Shown one piece after another: positions 62,601 to 64,000 of a stretch of DNA of 64,000 nucleotides. The notes below the pieces were generated by a model, which worked only from the letters and a program-made list of their open reading frames with translations, ran no database searches and was not told where the DNA came from. Made by a program: the position numbers and the translations under genes. Source of the stretch: Mobula hypostoma (Eukaryota); the NCBI RefSeq assembly GCF_963921235.1, contig NC_086097.1, forward strand, positions 72,728,001 to 72,792,000, written 5' to 3'. Each line of letters starts with the position of its first letter. Position 1 is the first letter of the stretch.

Positions 62601-63662
62601 CCACTGACGAGTTTGATGTGGGTTGTTCCAAAAGCACTCGCCACACTATCTGGGTGACCGGAGACACCTCGTTTAGAGAGAGGTCATGGCGACTGGCCCC
62701 TGCAGAGGTGGAAGACATTCGGCAGCATTTGTGTAAATTGAAGGAAGCTGGGATCATCACAGAGTCCCGAAGCCCCTATGTATCCCCAACATTAGTAGCC
62801 AGAAAGAAGAATGGGAAGGTACAGATGTGTGTGGACTATAGGACTCGGAACAGGTGTACTGTCCCCGACAAGTATACGATCCCAAGGATTGAAGCTGCGC
62901 TGGCCTGTCTGAGTAGTGCTAAGTGGTTCAGTGTGCTGGACTTGAGGAGTGGATATGACCAGATCCCCATGAGTGAAGCTGATAAAGAGAAGACGGCATT
63001 AATATGTCAATTAGGGTTCTTCCATTTCGAAAGGATGCCCCAGGATGTATTGGGAGCCCTTACGACCTTCCAGCATGTCATGGAGAAAACAGGGCGGGGA
63101 TATGGACTTGCTTGAGGTATTGGTGTATCTGGATGACCTCATAGTGTTTGGGTCCACCTTGGAAGAACATGAAGTGAGGCTACTAAAAGTGCTGGGCCGG
63201 CTGGAAGCTGAATGATTTAAACTTTCCCTGGACAAGTGCCAGTTCTGTAAGACGTCTGTTAGCTATGATGGGCACATAGACTTAGAGGATGGAGTAGACA
63301 TAGATCCGTCTAAGATAGAGGTGGTGACCACCTGGCCAAGGCTCCAGACTGTGAGCACTTTGCACTCATTCCTTGTGCTCTGTGGTTACTATCGGAGGTT
63401 TGTGCGGAGCTACACGAAAGTGAGTCACCCGTTGAAACACCTTCTGTGTGGTTACGCTCCCTTGGGGAAGAAAAGGAGGAGGACAAAAGGAGAGGAGGGT
63501 AAAGAGTATCTTAGCCCTTCAGAGCCTTTTGGACCGAGGTGGGATGCAAAATGTGAAGAGGCCTTTCAGTCACTGAAGGAGATGCTGACCCAGACACCTG
63601 TGCTGGCTTTCGCAGACCCCCGATTGCTATATGTACTGCATACGGATGCCAGCAGAGAGGAC
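59651..63662 (+). mobile_element. Gypsy LTR retrotransposon with PNMA-like Gag (5' LTR, gag, protease, dUTPase-like, RT, start of RNase H; 3'-truncated)
   Basis: LTR 59651-60212 (TGTAA..TTACA) and a degenerate tRNA-Pro-like primer-binding site at ~60217-60235. RT motifs [34 protein letters not shown] and YLDD (~63124-63135). RNase H starts YVLHTDASRE. Confidence 0.92.
60309..61622 (+). pseudogene. Frameshifted PNMA-like gag (RRM-like N-domain, capsid, CCHC knuckle)
   Basis: Fragments read MDAAGMDQWCFSMGL; VLSGVD...GELGPWTVH; RKLRMFSG; ALENAFGPTE...QEQREKLSAYIFRL; PPSFVELIREVREE; and CYNSGEEGHCRQEC. Confidence 0.8.
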
Positions 63663-64000
63663 TTAAAAAAGTGTGTGAAGCTGTGGTGGAGGCTACTGGG
63701 AAAACTTCTGGCCACTTTAAAGCTGTATCCACTATTACCAAGAAACTTGTGCCCAAGAATGGTCCTGAAAAATCAACATGAATCCTTTGCCAGGGCAATG
63801 CGTTGTTACAAGAATCACCTCTTGTAGTAATGATTAGTGAGGCACAAAAAGATCTGTATTTTACAGCACCTTTAGTGTCTCAGCAGAAGAAAAGGTGAAC
63901 TTACACATCTGATACCAGTGTACACGCCAACTAAGTTTTCCTGACCTTCCATGAATAGTCACAGAACTGGTGTTCCAAAGCACTTAGTCAGAGACAAAGG

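Larger units (their letters stand above)
48669..64000 (+). mobile_element. Gypsy LTR retrotransposon copy 2 (same family as copy 1), fragmented by insertions, a deletion and an inversion; continues beyond the window
   Basis: 5' LTR 48669-48906 (TGTT..AACA) and primer-binding site GTGGTGATGAG. Gag at 49172-49725 and 52426-52715. Protease/RT at 57770-59055 (DFKVTINPVLKVDQCPLP, FSKVDLA, SFLGFVNYF). Integrase pieces at 59059-59161(+), 63668-63801(-) and 63963-64000(+). Confidence 0.9.

Noticed and set aside
59646..63666. ACTT at both ends of the PNMA-like Gypsy read as a TSD
   Set aside because: The element lacks its 3' LTR, so the right edge is a deletion breakpoint, and a 4-bp match is expected by chance.
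1..64000. Prokaryotic operons, CRISPR arrays, defence systems, rRNA or tRNA genes
   Set aside because: The window is vertebrate repeat-rich DNA. There is no regularly spaced repeat-spacer array, and the tRNA-like boxes belong to SINE heads.

Overview
Eukaryotic, repeat-dense vertebrate DNA in which I find no recognisable host exon, so it is probably intron or gene desert. The repeat spectrum points to a cartilaginous fish, most likely a ray or skate (inference). It includes V-domain/HE1-type SINEs with CR1 tails, many CR1 LINEs, Rex1/Babar LINEs, Penelope-like elements (PLEs), Charlie-type hAT, a Tigger-like MITE and Gypsy LTR elements. Almost all ORFs in the track are decayed transposon fragments or their antisense shadows. 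Two deep nests dominate: about 20.3-28.6 kb (CR1 > Gypsy > CR1 + PLE) and about 48.7-64 kb (Gypsy > CR1, a solo LTR carrying CR1s, a PNMA-like Gypsy, and a ~4.6 kb inversion). Highlights: (1) minimal hammerhead ribozymes in the PLE termini, one with an intact core at 30897-30932, plus fold-back mini-PLEs and an inverted 5' segment that starts at the predicted cleavage site; (2) an ERV-L-like (class III) endogenous retrovirus remnant with protease, RT, polypurine tract and 3' LTR at 9.2-10.8 kb; (3) a Gypsy whose Gag resembles PNMA-family proteins along its length and whose pol carries a dUTPase-like insert; (4) twin-priming-like inversions in a CR1 composite and in an RTE-like element. Family names come from motif recognition by eye, not database searches. 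Boundaries without a cited target-site duplication (TSD) or terminal repeat are approximate.
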